NCBI RefSeq assembly: GCF_009914755.1
Contig: NC_060935.1
Length of the DNA: 64,000 bases
From: the human T2T-CHM13v2.0 reference genome, Homo sapiens
Direction: 5' to 3' (one strand)
The position numbers were made by a program, and so were the translations under genes. Within the stretch, counting starts at the first letter, position 1, and each line of letters begins with the position of its first letter. Under the pieces are notes generated by a model that did not search any database, was not told the DNA's origin, and saw only the letters and a program-made list of their open reading frames with translations. Of the stretch, positions 1 through 13,748 are shown piece by piece.

Positions 1-224
1 CCAATGAGGGTCAGGTGAACTTTAAGTGGAGGTCAGAAAAAAAGCATGGGTGAAGGATGATTGAAAAAGAGAGTTTGTAAATCAAGGTAAAAAATATACC
101 CTGCTTCAATTTTTCCTCGAAGTTGCCAGTGGAGAGGTCAGATTGCTGGATGTCTTGACATCATGTATTTGTTTATGTCTCTCCCATGCTGCATTGTAAT
201 CATCTCTGTTATGGCGAATGCATT

Positions 225-370
225 GCAATGTGATTATTAGTTTATAGGTCAGTCCTTCCCATTGAAATAAGCTTCTAGAGGGCAAGTACTGTGTGTTTTA
301 TGTATTCATTCTCAGGACCTTACATCAGTACCAGACATTTTTCAGGTACTTAATAAATATTTGTTTTAGA
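225..370 (+). mobile_element. L2 LINE 3' end fragment
   Basis: 'aagcttctagagggcaagtactgtgtg...caggtacttaataaatatttgtt' resembles the L2 3' terminus. Confidence 0.6.
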
Positions 371-1595
371 ATACAAAACTTGATTAGTACTATTTTTAAA
401 AAGAATTTAGATAGCTTGAAAATGGCCTGTTGCTTTTACATACCGGGTCTTTATCCTTTAGCTTTACTTCTCTTCCAGGAATTACCCTACTAAACATATA
501 AACCTCATGAGCATCCTTGGCTTTCTGCAAACCCCTGTTCACACCAGTGCTACTGCTTATTGCAGTGCAATAGGGTTAAAGCCCAGCCCTCAGGCTTGTT
601 TTCTGGCTTCAGCAGGGAAGGATTTAATTAGCCATTTAACTTCCTCAGGTGTAGGGGACAGAGCTCCCTCTTCCGATAATGAGGTCTGCGTTGCCAGCCA
701 GCCACACTGGTTTCTCTCTTCAGGCTGCCTCTCTCCAGCACAGCTGGTGAGCTGGCTTCCTGACGACCACTTAGTCCGCACTGGTATGAAAATGGTTCCG
801 TCAAGAACTGTCCTGGCCGTGCTCTGGGCAGTATCTTCCCCCTCCCTAATAACTTCAAACTGGTTGTGACTCCAGAATCTATCTCCTGTCTCTGACTATT
901 CTGCTTTACTGAGTGACGAGAGAAGATCATCTCATCTTCTCTTTTTGCACAGGTCTCACCCTTTCTTCCCTCAAGGAGATTTTGCGTGCAAAGGGAGTTT
1001 TGGTTTCATTTTTGGTCTCTCTTTAAAAATTGGTATCTGTGTTCAGAAATAATGTTTCTTTTCCTGAAAATAATTTTAAATGGTTTCTATTAATAAAAAT
1101 GCAAGCAATACAGAAAAGTAAGGAGAAGAAAATGAAGAGAAACAGCCTGAGCCCCTATATCCAGGCAGAATCATTTCTAGTATTTGGCAAGCTACCTCCA
1201 TTTCCATATGCATGCAGATAAAAAAAAAAAGATAGATGGACCAAGAGATAGACAAATATACTTTTACAATAAATGAGATCTTTATATACATGCTTCTAAT
1301 TAAGTAAAAACAAGTATTATATTTATATGATCTTTTTTGTACCACACCATGCTGGCCATTTTTAAACCTTAAATATATTTTACAGATCAAGGTATACCAA
1401 TGGTTTTAAAATAACTTTTTTTTTTTTCAAATCCACTCTAGTGGACCTCACTCAGATAATATGTGTACTTCTCCCTGTTAAACTTCAACATTAATATAAT
1501 TAGACTAGAGAACATCAAAAAGAAGTTGCTCTAATAGAGCACTGTGAGTAAAAACTAAGAAGTACAAGTAGCAGTACTAATAGTAATATAGAAGC

Positions 1596-1757
1596 TGACT
1601 CTCAACCTGGAATGAACATGCAAATCATCTGTAAATCTTTCTAAAAATGCAGATACAGACTCAATAAGTCTGTGACCGGTCCTGATATTCTACAAGCTTA
1701 CATGGCCCTGCTTGTTGCTGTTGCTGACCTTGAAATACTCTTTAAGCAGCAAGGCTT
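1596..1757. mobile_element. MER5-family hAT-Charlie DNA transposon relic
   Basis: 'ctctcaacctgg...aaaaatgcagat...aatactctttaagcagcaagg' follows the MER5A/B layout. Confidence 0.55.
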
Positions 1758-1764
1758 AGAGTAT

Positions 1765-1952
1765 ACAATGTATCAGGCACTTTGCTAGGATCATTCCTCA
1801 GGGTTATATTCATGATCTCATTACCAAAGCCTATAACTACTGCATTTATAAGTGTGGAAACTGAGGCTCAAAGAACATAAAATATATACTAGAGGTCACT
1901 CTACTCTCTGCTTAAAAAGAGGTGTTTGAATTTAGACCTGTCTGGCTCCAAA
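1765..1952 (-). mobile_element. MIR SINE
   Basis: Core 'ggaaactgaggctcaaag...ggtcact' followed by 'tttgaatttagacctgtctggctccaaa'. Confidence 0.65.
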
Positions 1953-2474
1953 CAGAGGTTTTTTTTGTTTTGTTTTGTTTCCCTGTCATGTAAAACACAC
2001 TAATGCTTCTTTCTAGAAATCCCAGTGCTGAGAGTGATGAGGTTAAAATCTGTAGCATCATTAAATTATGCATAAACTAAAAATGTCAAAAGAGTCCACA
2101 AAACCAGGACAAAGGGTTACCTTAAAAAACAAAACAAAAAAATTGCACAAGTTAAACAGAAACATCAATAGAATTTTGCACGTAATATATGGATTAGGGA
2201 AACATTTTAAAAAGACTTTGCAAATTTATGAATATTACAGTAAAAGTTACAATTAGTAAAAGCTGGAATATATCTAACTTAAGTTTAGCATCAGAAAATT
2301 TTAAAGTCAATGTATAAGCCATGTACTTCATATATATTTGCCCTATAAATTATATTTTTATTTTTACTTCATAAAGTCTAGAATAACTGTTGCTTACTCA
2401 AATCATTTGCTTTATTTATGAACAACTTTTCAGTATGTTAAGTGAAGTCAATCCTAAAGATTAAGTTTGTTGTC

Positions 2475-2975
2475 ATTGTCTTAAACATAGATAAATTGGA
2501 CAAATTCCATGAAAAACACATTTATCAAAATTGGCACAGGAAGAAATAGGAAATACAAATACTCCAGCATCAAAAACCTTCCCATAAGAAAAGTTTAAGC
2601 TAAGGCATAAAGGTTTTAAGCTATTCACTGGTGAATACAATAAAAAAAAAGAAGGAAGTAATAATACAATCAAACAAACTTTTTCACAACACATTTAACA
2701 AATGATCCCAAAAGAAAATTAGCTGATAAAGTACTTAGTGTATATTTCCATTTATATGAAGTTGACCATTTATATGAAGTTGAACAATGGCAGAACTACT
2801 CAATGTTGATAGAAAAGTGACAGTTGATTATAAAGGGTTTGGAATGAATGGGAAGGGAGTTGAGGGAACTTTTCTTTGGTGATGAAATTGTTGAGTTGTC
2901 AAAAGTTTATGCTCGTTTTCCAGAACTCAAGAATGTGCACATTTCCCAACTGAATTTCCTTAAGACAAAAAGAAA
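2475..2975 (+). mobile_element. Ancient L1M/L1ME fragments
   Basis: A-rich ORF2-like 'ggacaaattccatgaaaaacaca' and L1ME 3'UTR-like 'ccatttatatgaagtt...gagggaacttt...ggtgatgaaa'. Confidence 0.5.
2748..2783. repeat. Perfect 18-bp tandem duplication (ccatttatatgaagttga x2)
   Basis: Read directly from the sequence. Confidence 0.95.
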
Positions 2976-3404
2976 AAAAAATAGATAAGGTAATTTGTTC
3001 TCAAACCAATTCATTTGCATAGTAAATTAATAAACTAGCATTAAGTTTGGAAAAAAAATGATGTCATTGGGGCTATTCAATTGAATAATATCAAAACAGG
3101 ATCTTAAAATGTTTTGAATGATAAAATTATGATTGATATAAATATCTGGCTTATAATATGATTAATTTGAAGGACATAATACATATTTGCATATAAAATC
3201 CCATTATGTTTAGTAGTTGCCTTATTTGTAATTACAACTGAGGTTGTACCTTAAATTGTTTCCTAGTTTTACCATATTTAGGAATTTGAGTTCTTCCTCA
3301 CCTAGAGGTTAGTTCTTCCAGGATGAATAATACAATTTTTCATGTTGCTGATTATTATATGCTTACTGAATCTTTTTTTAGCTTGCTTTTTGTTTTAATT
3401 TCTA

Positions 3405-3985
3405 TGCTTTTTAAAAAATTGAGATATAGCATATACTCAGAAAAGTGCGCAAATCTTAAGTGTACCATTCAATGAATGTTTACATATGATACACCTTTGT
3501 AACCATCTCCATGGTCAAGATATGAACACTTTCTGTATCTCAAATGATTCCTTTGCACTTTATTCCAGCCAATAGCACCTTCTTCCCACCTCTAAAAATG
3601 ATCACCATTTGACTTCTATCACTCTATATTAGTTTTGCCTGTTTTTGAACTTCATATAAATGAAATTGTGCAGCATATATTCTCTATTTCTGGCTTCTTT
3701 TGCTGAATGTTATATTTGAGATTCATCTTTGCAGTTGTTGTGACATATTCGCTCCTTCGTTTTAACTTCTCATTGCTATATAGTATTCCATAATATGGAT
3801 TTAGTACAATTTATTTATTCTACCATTGAGGGCATTTAGGTTGTTGATAGCTTTTGGTTATACACTAAGCATTCTTGTAAATTTTTTTTTGGTGGACTTA
3901 AGCACTAATTTGGTGGCTATATATCCCAAAGGGAGATGGTTGAGTCATAGACTAAGAATATACTTAGCTTTCGTAGAAATTGTCT
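3405..3985 (-). mobile_element. L1ME/L1MC 3' end
   Basis: 'attgagatatagcatatactcagaaaagtgcgcaaatcttaagtgtac' and 'gttttgcctgtttttgaacttcatataaatg' are typical antisense L1ME 3'UTR. Confidence 0.75.
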
Positions 3986-4065
3986 TTTTAGAGTTTGTCT
4001 CTTTGAATTAGGAGCCAGACATGTGCATGCGTTATATTTGACTGGTATGTCTCTTTATGGTTTGG

Positions 4066-5183
4066 TTTTTTTTTTTTTTTTTTTTTTTTACTTTAAGTTC
4101 TAGGATACCTGTGCTGAATGTGCAGGTTTGTTACATAGGTATACACGTGTCATGGTGGTTTGCTGCACCTATCAACCCATCATCTAGGTTTTAAGCCTCG
4201 CATGCATTAGGTATTTGTCCTAATGCTTTCCCTCCCCTTGTCCCCCCATCCCCTGACAGGCCATGGTATATGATGTTCCCCTTCCTGTGTCCATGTGTTC
4301 TCACTGTTCAGCTCCCACTGATGAGTGAAAACACGCGGTGTTTGGTTTTCTGTTCATGTGTTAGTTTGCTGAGGGTGATGGTTTCCAGCTTCTTCCATGT
4401 CTCTGTGAAGGAAATGAACTCATTTTTTATGGCTGCATAGTATTCCATGGTATATATGTGCCACATTTTCTTTATCCAGTCTATCTTCCAAGTCTTTGCT
4501 ATTGTAAATAGTGCTGCAGTAAACATATGTGTGCATGTGTCTTTATAGTAGAATTATTTATAATCCTTTGGGTATATACTCAGTAATGGGATTGCTGGGT
4601 CAAATGGTATTTCTGGTTCTAGATCCTTGAGGAATCACCACACTGTCTTCCACAATGGTTGAACTTATTTACACTCCCACCAACAGTGTAAAAGCGTTCC
4701 CAGTTTCTCCACAACCTCATCAACATCTGTTTGTTTCCAGATTTTTTAATGATTGCCATTCTAACTGGCATGAGATGTTATCTCATTGTGGTTTTGATTT
4801 GTATTTCTCTAATGACCAGTGATATCGAGCTTTTTTTCATATGTTTTTTGGCCACATAAGTGTATTCTTTTGAGAAGTGTCTGTTCATATACTTCACCCA
4901 CTTTTTGATGGAGTTGTTTTTTTTTCTTTTAAATTTGTTTAAGTTCCTTGTAGATTCTGGATATTAGACCTTTGTCAGATGGGTAGATTGCAAAAATTTT
5001 CTCCCATTCTGTAGGTTGCCTGTTCACTCTGATGATAGTTTCCTTTGCTGAGCAGAAGCTGTTTAGTTTAATTAGATCCAATTAGTCAATTTTGGCTTTT
5101 GTTGCAATAACCTAGAACTGTAGAAACCCTAGAAGAAAACCTTGGCAATACCATTTAGGACATAGGCATGGCCAAAGACTTCA
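4066..5183 (-). mobile_element. 5'-truncated L1PA8-11-like element with 5' inversion (5109-5183 reads sense on +)
   Basis: Poly-T at 4066-4089; L1PA 3'UTR; ORF2 C-terminus (minus ORF 4308-4526 MFTAALFTIAKTW...); orientation switches at 5108/5109. Confidence 0.93.
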
Positions 5184-5189
5184 AGAATA

Positions 5190-5327
5190 TTTTTATCTTT
5201 TTATTTTCTTAATTTATAGAGACTGGGTCTCTCTATGTTGCCCAGGCTGATCTCAAACTCCTTGGCTCAAGTAAACTTCAGCCTCCCAAATTGCTGGGAT
5301 TACAGACGTGAGCCACTGCGCCTGGCC
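5190..5327 (-). mobile_element. FLAM_C / free left Alu monomer
   Basis: 'gggtctctctatgttgcccaggctgatctcaaactcc...gtgagccactgcgcctggcc' monomer with T-rich tail. Confidence 0.85.
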
Positions 5328-6742
5328 TTTGAACCTTTTTAAATAAAACTTGATGTCACTTATAAATATCTGTTTACATCATGCATTTTTTATAAAGAGG
5401 CTGGTGTATATTTTAGAGTAATTTAAAAAGTGTGATTGCTAGTGCAATTCATTTCAACAAGCTTTTCTTGAGTATCTACTATATGCCCAGAAAGGCTCAG
5501 TAGATTCAAAAAGAAAAAGAAAAAGAAAAACATGCATCACGGCACAATGTTCTTAAATTACAACATGTACCAGCCAATAGACATAGTGCTATTAGAAACT
5601 AAAATAATTGGGATGATGTAAAACATGCCGCATTGAAAAATAGCGAGGATATTGTAATCTTTTACTGCATAATATGATGTATACATAAGAACAAAAAATC
5701 AGATACTCTGTATATATGTTCAAGAGAGACACTCATATAAAAACAGAAGAATGCCTAGAATTGGTTATAAATTCTGCACTTTCGTGAATTATTCACTGTT
5801 TTTACAAAACATCTAACAATACATCAATACTCTGCAAAGATTTAAGTTTCTCCAATAACATCATTGAAAATCACATTTTGTTTCTGCAACCAAATAAATA
5901 ATAAATTTATTTTATATTAGCACATAAATGTTCATGTCAATATGATTTATTTATTTTTCTGATGTATGGGCCTAAAAACACTATTTTAAATATCACTAAA
6001 CAGGAATTTTTAAAAGTATACATGCAAATACCAGAAAGAGGGATTGGCTCAAGATCCATACTGAACAATTGATTAAAATACAAATCGTGTAAATACTACT
6101 TTTATTTTAGATCTGTCTTAAGTAAAAGTAGATTTACATGTGACTGGTCATCATCTAAACTTTGAAATAAATGTAGATAAAACAAATCAAAAGAAATGTA
6201 AAATTAGAAACAACATTTCAACCTGAGGCTAGCTCAAAGCTATGAAAATATGAAAGAGAAATTGTAGTAATATTCTTTTTCTATTATCAAAGGAAACTTT
6301 CTTGTTTTCTCTCTCCTATAAATATTATTTATTTAGCAACTTTATTTCCTTCTTTTCATTTAATGTCGACTGACAACTCTTAAGGGAATTGTCATAAAAT
6401 ATCATATGATCAGAAAGTAAAACTCTGGTTTAGATATGAAAGTTTATGATGATAGTAGTATTGGTAGGTTATCAGTAACAACTTTGTTCACCAAGTTAAG
6501 ACTGATGTTGCATGCGGGAAGTGTTTGTTTTTAAGATATTTTTATATTTCCAAAAAAGCAGTGAAAAAGATACAATTATGACAGACGTTTGAACTAAAAT
6601 ACAAACTCTTGCTATGACTTTATATAATATCATTTAAAATTAAGTAACATGTCTTTTGGTGAAATATTGCTGCCATATGCTTGACTTCACCTTCTTGATT
6701 TGAAGCAACTTATTTATTCCAATACGAACTACTTTACTTTTG

Positions 6743-7051
6743 GGCCAGGCACAGTGGCTCACGCCTGTAATCTCAGCACTTTTGGAGGCCGAGGTGGGCG
6801 GATTACCTGAAGTCAGGAGTTTGAGACCAACCTGACCAGCATGGTGAAACCCTGTCTCCACTGAAAAAAAAGAAAATTAGCCTGTCATGGTGGTGTATGC
6901 CTGTAACCTCAGCTATTCAGGAGGCTGAGGCAGGAGAATCACTTGAACCTGGGAGCTAGAGGCTGCAGTGAACCGAGGTTGCACCCAGTGAACTGGGTGA
7001 CAGAGGGAGGCCCTTCTCAAAAACAAAACAAAACAAAAACAAACCAAAAAA
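6743..7051 (+). mobile_element. AluS (Sx/Sz-like)
   Basis: Full dimer with (AAAAC)n tail; 16-bp TSD aactactttacttttg (6727-6742) / aagtactttacttttg (7052-7067). Confidence 0.97.
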
Positions 7052-8291
7052 AAGTACTTTACTTTTGAGGAGAAGCTCCCCATTGTTGGTAAAAGTGCTG
7101 TCTTAACACTCCCAAATATATAGAAACATGAAAACCACAAATACACACACACACAAGCACACACACACAATTTAACCTAAAGAATCCTAAATGTGGTAAT
7201 AACTGATATGTGAAAATTTCAGGTAATGATCTCAGTGTATCCAGGTTTCCAGACTTTAATATTAAAAGATAAAAAGCACTGAAGCTTTTTAAAAAATAGA
7301 TTAAAAGTTACCTCAGTGTTTGTCATCCTATAGATATATTCACAAATACAAAAAATTGGACATTTATGTCTACTGTAGTATGACATGATTTGTTAAAAAA
7401 AAAGTTTCTGATATTTTCCACAAAAGATACAGCATCTAATTTTCTTTGGTATTTGGAAAATCAATCTTATTTGTATGAATTTCTTTACAGGACACAGGAG
7501 ATTAAAGGAAAGAGAAATCTGATGGAAACACATCAGGGAAAATAGTTCTGTATTTTCCAATGCTTGAAAATTACAGCTCATTGTGTATTTTCATTTCTTT
7601 TCCTTTTCATGATTGCTTATTTTGTTATTTTTCTGCTTCCAACCAAACCAATCATACTGTTTTTTACACATTACTGATTATAATTGAGTAATATGAAGGT
7701 TCTGGTAGCCCCCATGTGTAATTTGTTTTCTTCTCATACTAAGTAGACAGGATAAGTGGTGCTAGCAGTTGCATTTTATGACAGTAAGTGATGGTATTGA
7801 GTTTATGTGGTCTTCTGTGGCACACACATAGGCTTCAAATTCAGATATGTTGGAGAAGGCATTTGGGATATGTTGCACCCCTTAACACTGTTAGAAAATG
7901 TAAGGTTTAACAAATGATCAAAATTTAAAGTAAAAGTTAAGTGATATATTGTTCCAGGAGCAACAACATCAACAACAAAATTACAAGCACAATGCTACTG
8001 ACATTTATATAATAATAGTAATGATTAATTCTTTGCTAAAACATTGACCTGAGGATATTTAATAGCTCCACTGAAAACAAATAATTATTATGGCATTAGC
8101 CTCCACACATTAAGCACTACTCCATAGATTCTGGATACAGTTTGTATATTATTTATTACAGTGGTCCTTAGTGATACACATTTTAAATATCTCTGAGATT
8201 TCTTACGGAGATAGAAAATGACCAAATTCTTATCTGTAATTTTACTCATACAAAATCACAGGTGAACTGTAGAACTAAAAGCATCACTAAG

Positions 8292-8655
8292 TGGTATGGT
8301 TAGGCTTTGTGTCCCCATCCGAATCTCATCTTGAATTGTAATCCCCACAATCCCCACATTTCAAGGAAGAAAGCAGGTGGAAGTAATTGACCCAGGAGGG
8401 CAGTTTTTCCCAACCTGTTCTGTTAGTGAATCAGTTCTCAGGAGATCTGATGGTTTATAAGGGGCACTTCCCCGTTTGCTAGGAACATCTCCTTCCTGCT
8501 GCCTTGTGAAGAAGGTGCCTTGCCTCCCCTTTCCCTTCCCCTGTAAGTTTGCTGCAGCCTATCCGGCAGAACTGTGAGTCAATTGAACCTCTTTCCTTTA
8601 TAAATTACCCAATCTCAGGCAGTTCTTTATAGCAGTATGAAAATGGACAAATACA
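8292..8655 (+). mobile_element. THE1 (THE1D-like) solo LTR, ERVL-MaLR
   Basis: Starts 'tggtatggttaggctttgtgtcccc', ends 'aaatggacaaataca'; contains 'aacctctttcctttataaattacccaatctc'. Confidence 0.9.
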
Positions 8656-9011
8656 GCAAGATTACCCTTAAGCTTTCTTTTTCTCTTCAATAAGCCTTAA
8701 ATGTTAAGTGTATGTTGGAAGTTTTCATCCTATCTTTGCTAATATCACTGTTAAATTTCAATTCAATTATTAATTAATGGGGATTTAAAAATTATCTAAA
8801 AATGAACACAAAAATTGATATTAATGTCATTTCTATTTCCTTGTTCATATTAGTAATTTGATACCTAATTAGTGACTATTTGTATTCACGGATAATATTT
8901 TTTCTTGTGTGGGAAAGGAAATTAGTTTTCACTGATATTAAGCATACTACTTGCAGAAAGACATGTTGAATAGATATTTTAAATTGTTGATTAACAATAA
9001 TCTGTGTTGGT

Positions 9012-9790
9012 ATATTGGTAGAAATGTAAATGTGTACAGGTACTATGGAGAACAGGTTGGAGGTTCCTCAAAAAGCTAAAATAGAACTACCATATGATCC
9101 AGCAATCCCTCTGCTAGGTATGTACCCCAAAGAAAGGAAATCAGTATATCAAAGAGATATCTGGATGCCCATATTTATTGTAGCACTATTCACAATAGCC
9201 AAGATTTGGAATTAACCTAATTGTGCATCAACAGATGAATAAATAAATAAGATGTGGTAATGTGGTGTATATATACACACAATGAAGTACTATTCAGTCA
9301 CAAAAAGGTTAACATTCTGTCATTTGCAAGAACATGGATAGAACTGGAGGACAGTACGTTAAGTGAAATAATCCAGGCACAGAAAGACAAACTACATATG
9401 TTCTTACTCATTTGTGGGAGCTAAAAATTAAAGCAATTGAGCTTATGGAAATAGAGACTAGAAGGATGGCTACCAGAGGCTGGGAAGGGAGTGAAATGGG
9501 GAGGGGGAAGTGGGATTGGTTAGTGGATATAAAAATATAGTGAGAATGAATAAGATCTAGTATTTAATAGCACAACAGGGTGATTACAGTAAACAATAAT
9601 TTATTGTACATTTAAAAAATCACTAAAAGAGTATAAGTGGAATGTCCATAGCACAAAAAATGACAAATACTTGAGGTGATGGTTACCCCATCTACCTTCA
9701 TGTGATTATTACACATTGTATGCCTGTATTAAAATATTGAATATACCCTTTAAATATATATACCCATCTACCTATAAAAATTAACAAAAT
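9012..9790 (+). mobile_element. L1MA (MA2/MA3-like) 3' end
   Basis: ORF2 C-terminal remnant (ORF 9030-9215 ELPYDPAIPLLGMYPKE) plus L1MA 3'UTR. Confidence 0.9.
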
Positions 9791-10294
9791 ACAATAACTT
9801 GTATGTCTATAAACTTAAAGAGACTCCATTTAAAGAGATCTCTTGGCAAATTTCCATTTGGATAATTTTAATGGTACATAATTAGTTAGAGGAAAACAGA
9901 ACTTAGAAGAGGCAGATATGAAAGACAGGATTCTAAGATTCATCCTGACAACAGAAAATTAAATCTCTAATAAAGAGGAAATACTGTATTAAGACTTCCT
10001 GCAAGATTTTCCAACTCTATCTAGATAAACAACACAGCAAATCCATAAAGAAATGGAATTCCTGCCATATGCACTGCAGTTTTAGATGCTATGGTTAGAA
10101 AAAAAAAGTGGAGTAGCATGTAATGACCATGATATCTATCCTGAGCATCAGTAAGCGCTGTCAAATAAATTCAAGTGAATCTATGGGGCCAAAAGTACAG
10201 AAAGTTCAAAATCAGTAGGATCTTGCAAATTCTAGAATATGTTCACTGGAAACATAAGTGACCTCACAATTTAATTGGCTAACGAATATAGAAT

Positions 10295-10760
10295 ACAAAA
10301 TTTTATGATGTATCCAGTGCCTACCTTTCCAGCTAAATTTATGAGCCTTTTCCTCCTTGTAGTTTATCCTCGAGCCAAAACAAATTAACTTTAGGTCCTT
10401 GAAGGTGTCACACTGTTTCACACTTCTTTGCCTTTGTACATCCTATCCTTTCTGACTATAAAGCCCTTAATCACCCGTCAACCTGGTGAACTCCAACTCA
10501 TTGTTTAAGACAGAGCTCAGAGTCTCTGACTGCCTTCAGATAGATCAGATTATTGTCTCCTTTCTGCCACCATTGCTTCTTGCACATGCCTGCATGCCAG
10601 CTTTGTAGGAATAAAGAGATTGCCTTTATTTATATCTGTTTTCTCTTCTATCCTTGAACTATGTGTGGACAGGAACAGAGTACTGTTATGCTTTACATTC
10701 CACATGTGTAACACGAAGCCTAACACATTATAGATACCCAATAGGTGCAAAGTGAATAAT
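10295..10760 (+). mobile_element. L2 3' region
   Basis: 'gcctttgtacatcctatcc...ctggtgaactccaactcatt...gcctaacacattatagatacccaata'. Confidence 0.6.
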
Positions 10761-12879
10761 TTTATTATAAAACAAAACTTCAAAATTAAACATGATTTTA
10801 TGGTAAATTGTTTATTATTGATCATAAGGGCTGTGAAAATTCATAGGAAGAAGAGAAAAATAAAGGCAATTGCATTTAGCATAAGACTGTAAAGTGGAGT
10901 TCAAGTTATTTATTGAATATATTAATTTGAATAGGCTTGAAAGAGCATGTAGGGCATTCAAGGCAAAGGAACAAGGTGATAATGACAGGAATCTGAATAC
11001 GCCATTACATATTTCATCTGTTATGAGGTTCCTAGCAACGACTAATCACAAAGTGGTGTGGAGAGAGCATTTGAAAGCAGTGGTTTAGCTATGGCATCAA
11101 GTTCCCACGTTCGTTCCATTTTCTACCCTGAGTCTGGTCCTCAGGTTAACTCTTTTAAAGGTAGCAAGATTTTTTGCCACAGTCCACTGCGTCAGCTACA
11201 AACACCATCCTATCAGCAGAAGAGAAGGGGCAGATTCCCAAATTTGCTGTTTTTCTCAGTATGAGGAAAGATTTAACAGATTTACCTCAGCCAGCTCCCC
11301 TTAAGTGGCCAGAACAAAGTCACAACCATTTTTGGACTTGGGAATGGGATTAATATAACTAATATTTATCATTTGCTCCTACATCACACAGGGAGGCAGC
11401 ACAAATCTCTGAGGAAGAGAGGAAGGAATAGCTATTGAATAGGGAACCAGCAGTTTCTGACACATTTTAAGAAAAATAAAAAATAGATTTGTATAAGTGT
11501 TTTGAGGACGATTAAATGAACTAGATGGTCTAGAAAATAAGGCATTGAGCATTTTAGACAACGTGCATAACTTCTATACTTCTATTAAGGGAGAAGATTT
11601 TCCTTAGAGACAGTTGCATTTGTTCTTTTTAAGAGTTGCTGCAAATTGTTGCCCACCTACTGAGAAATCAGTTTTTTTTTTTTTTTTTTTCAGAAGAACA
11701 TATACCCTGTTGTCAGGAAGCTATGGAGTATATGGTAAAATGGAAATTTTTATTTTCCAAATGCATATGCAGCCCCCTGAAATATAAATATAAGTTCATG
11801 GAATAGTATTTAAATATTTGTAAACAAAACATCCCATTGTACATTGCTTTTTCAATTACTCCAACAATGTTCTTCCTCATTTCTCAATAAAATGGAAAGG
11901 CTGACTTTTCAAAGAAATAAATCCCTTTTTTGCAGCCTCTTCGATATGTTTAGTGCTTTTTATTGAGTGGAACTCTTCACAATTAACTGTGGAGCTGCAA
12001 CCTCATTAATTTAACAAAGAAATATCCTTACTTCCATAAACATAAAGCGTAGGCAGATGTGTAGAAAACATTTCTCAATTTTATTCACCCAAACACACAA
12101 GCTTTAATGATCCTTTCTACATTTTCCCAGGAAATTTGGTCTAGTTCCTTTTCTCTGTTTCAATTAATCTGTAACTTAGGAGAAAAAATAATAATCACAA
12201 ATGCATTTCTCAGAAGTTTCAATCTCATACCTAAACAATGATCTCAGGATGATATCATATCTACTTATTGATCCTTCTAACACCAACAAATTGAAATAAA
12301 CCACTGTAAGGTACAGCACTGATATTCTTAGTCTCTTTCCAGTTATTTTCAAATTATTACGTTTCTATAAATCAGGTTTCCTTAAACATTTATACTTACC
12401 TTCTGTCTTAAGAACAAGAGTAATAAACACACAACTTTTAAAATGCATAGCATGTAGTGTAAAAATAATCACATTGAATATTTTGTTAGATTAGCAGGCA
12501 GGTAGGGATCTTATCAATTATTAAGAAGGAATTTATTAATATAATGCTTGAGACTAGTAGATGTCCCCGTTTTAGAGCCATTACACCCTTTTAAAACCAG
12601 TATAATATCATTTTATTAAACTAAAATGAAATTCATAGATAATATAACATACAAAATTTTAAAAATCTATGTAATGAACTAACTACAACATAAAAGAGAA
12701 ACAAATGTTTGCAATTCTAAACTAACTTTCATTTCTGTATGTAGATGCTTAGCAAGTCTCTGTGATGTATTATGGTGGAGTAGTTAGATGTTTACTCCTA
12801 CATACAGAATCACCCCAGGTCCTGTGTTGCCAATGCCAGTGGTGCCTAATCATTGTAACCGCCAGTGTTCTCCAAAAGC

Positions 12880-13173
12880 TTTTTTTTTTTTTTTTGAGAC
12901 TGAGTCTTGCCCTGTCGTCAGGCTGCAGTGCAGTGGCGTGATGTCTGCTCACTACAACCTCCGCCTCCTGGGTTCAAGCTATTCTCCTGCCTCAGGCTGT
13001 GAGTAGCTGGGACTACAGGCGCATGCCACCATGCCCAGCTAATTTTTGTATTTTTAGTAGAGACGGGGTTTCACCATGTTGGCCAGGGTGGTCTCGATCT
13101 CTTGACCTCGTGATCCGCCCGCCTCGGCCCTCCAAAGTGCTGGAATTACAGGCGTGAGCCACCACGCCAGGCC
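12880..13173 (-). mobile_element. AluSc
   Basis: Full antisense dimer with diagnostic 'gatctcttgacctcgtgatc'; poly-T from 12880. Confidence 0.95.
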
Positions 13174-13723
13174 AAAAACAGATATTTAAAATGTGCTTTC
13201 TGGGAGAACCACTGCCTTGGATTGAGACGCTTTTCATTTTAGTGCAAGGAATTATGGAATCTGAGAATGAATAAATAGCAAGGAAGAAAACCTTTAACTT
13301 ATATTTCCCAATTCTTTGGCCTGTGAGTTTAGGTTTGCTGATCTCTTTTATCTAAGACACAATTCTAAGTGTTATTCCAAAAGTGAAGGAAGAAATATAT
13401 GTGAACTATACTTTACGAAAGACTGTGAAAATTATCTAAATTATTACATAAATATAGGGTAGATATATCTCCATTAAAATGTTTCAGAAGAGTTTCAAAT
13501 ACAATGATATATATACATTACACAACAAGGAAAAACATAGCTACATTATGACTTGGTATTTGTATGATTTCACGTAAGTAAAGTACATTTAAATAGCATT
13601 GAGGGAAATACGCCAGAATCTTCACAGTGGTTAATTCTAGATTTTAGGATTATGGTAATTATGTTTCTTTCTACATTCCCCCTTCTTATTGATGATTTCC
13701 AAAATATTACAATAAATGATTTA

Positions 13724-13748
13724 AACACACACACACACACACACACAC
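13724..13748. repeat. (AC)n microsatellite
   Basis: Read directly from the sequence. Confidence 0.95.

Noticed and set aside
507-930. Three overlapping ORFs of 63-120 aa
   Set aside because: No recognisable protein similarity; explained by locally higher GC content.
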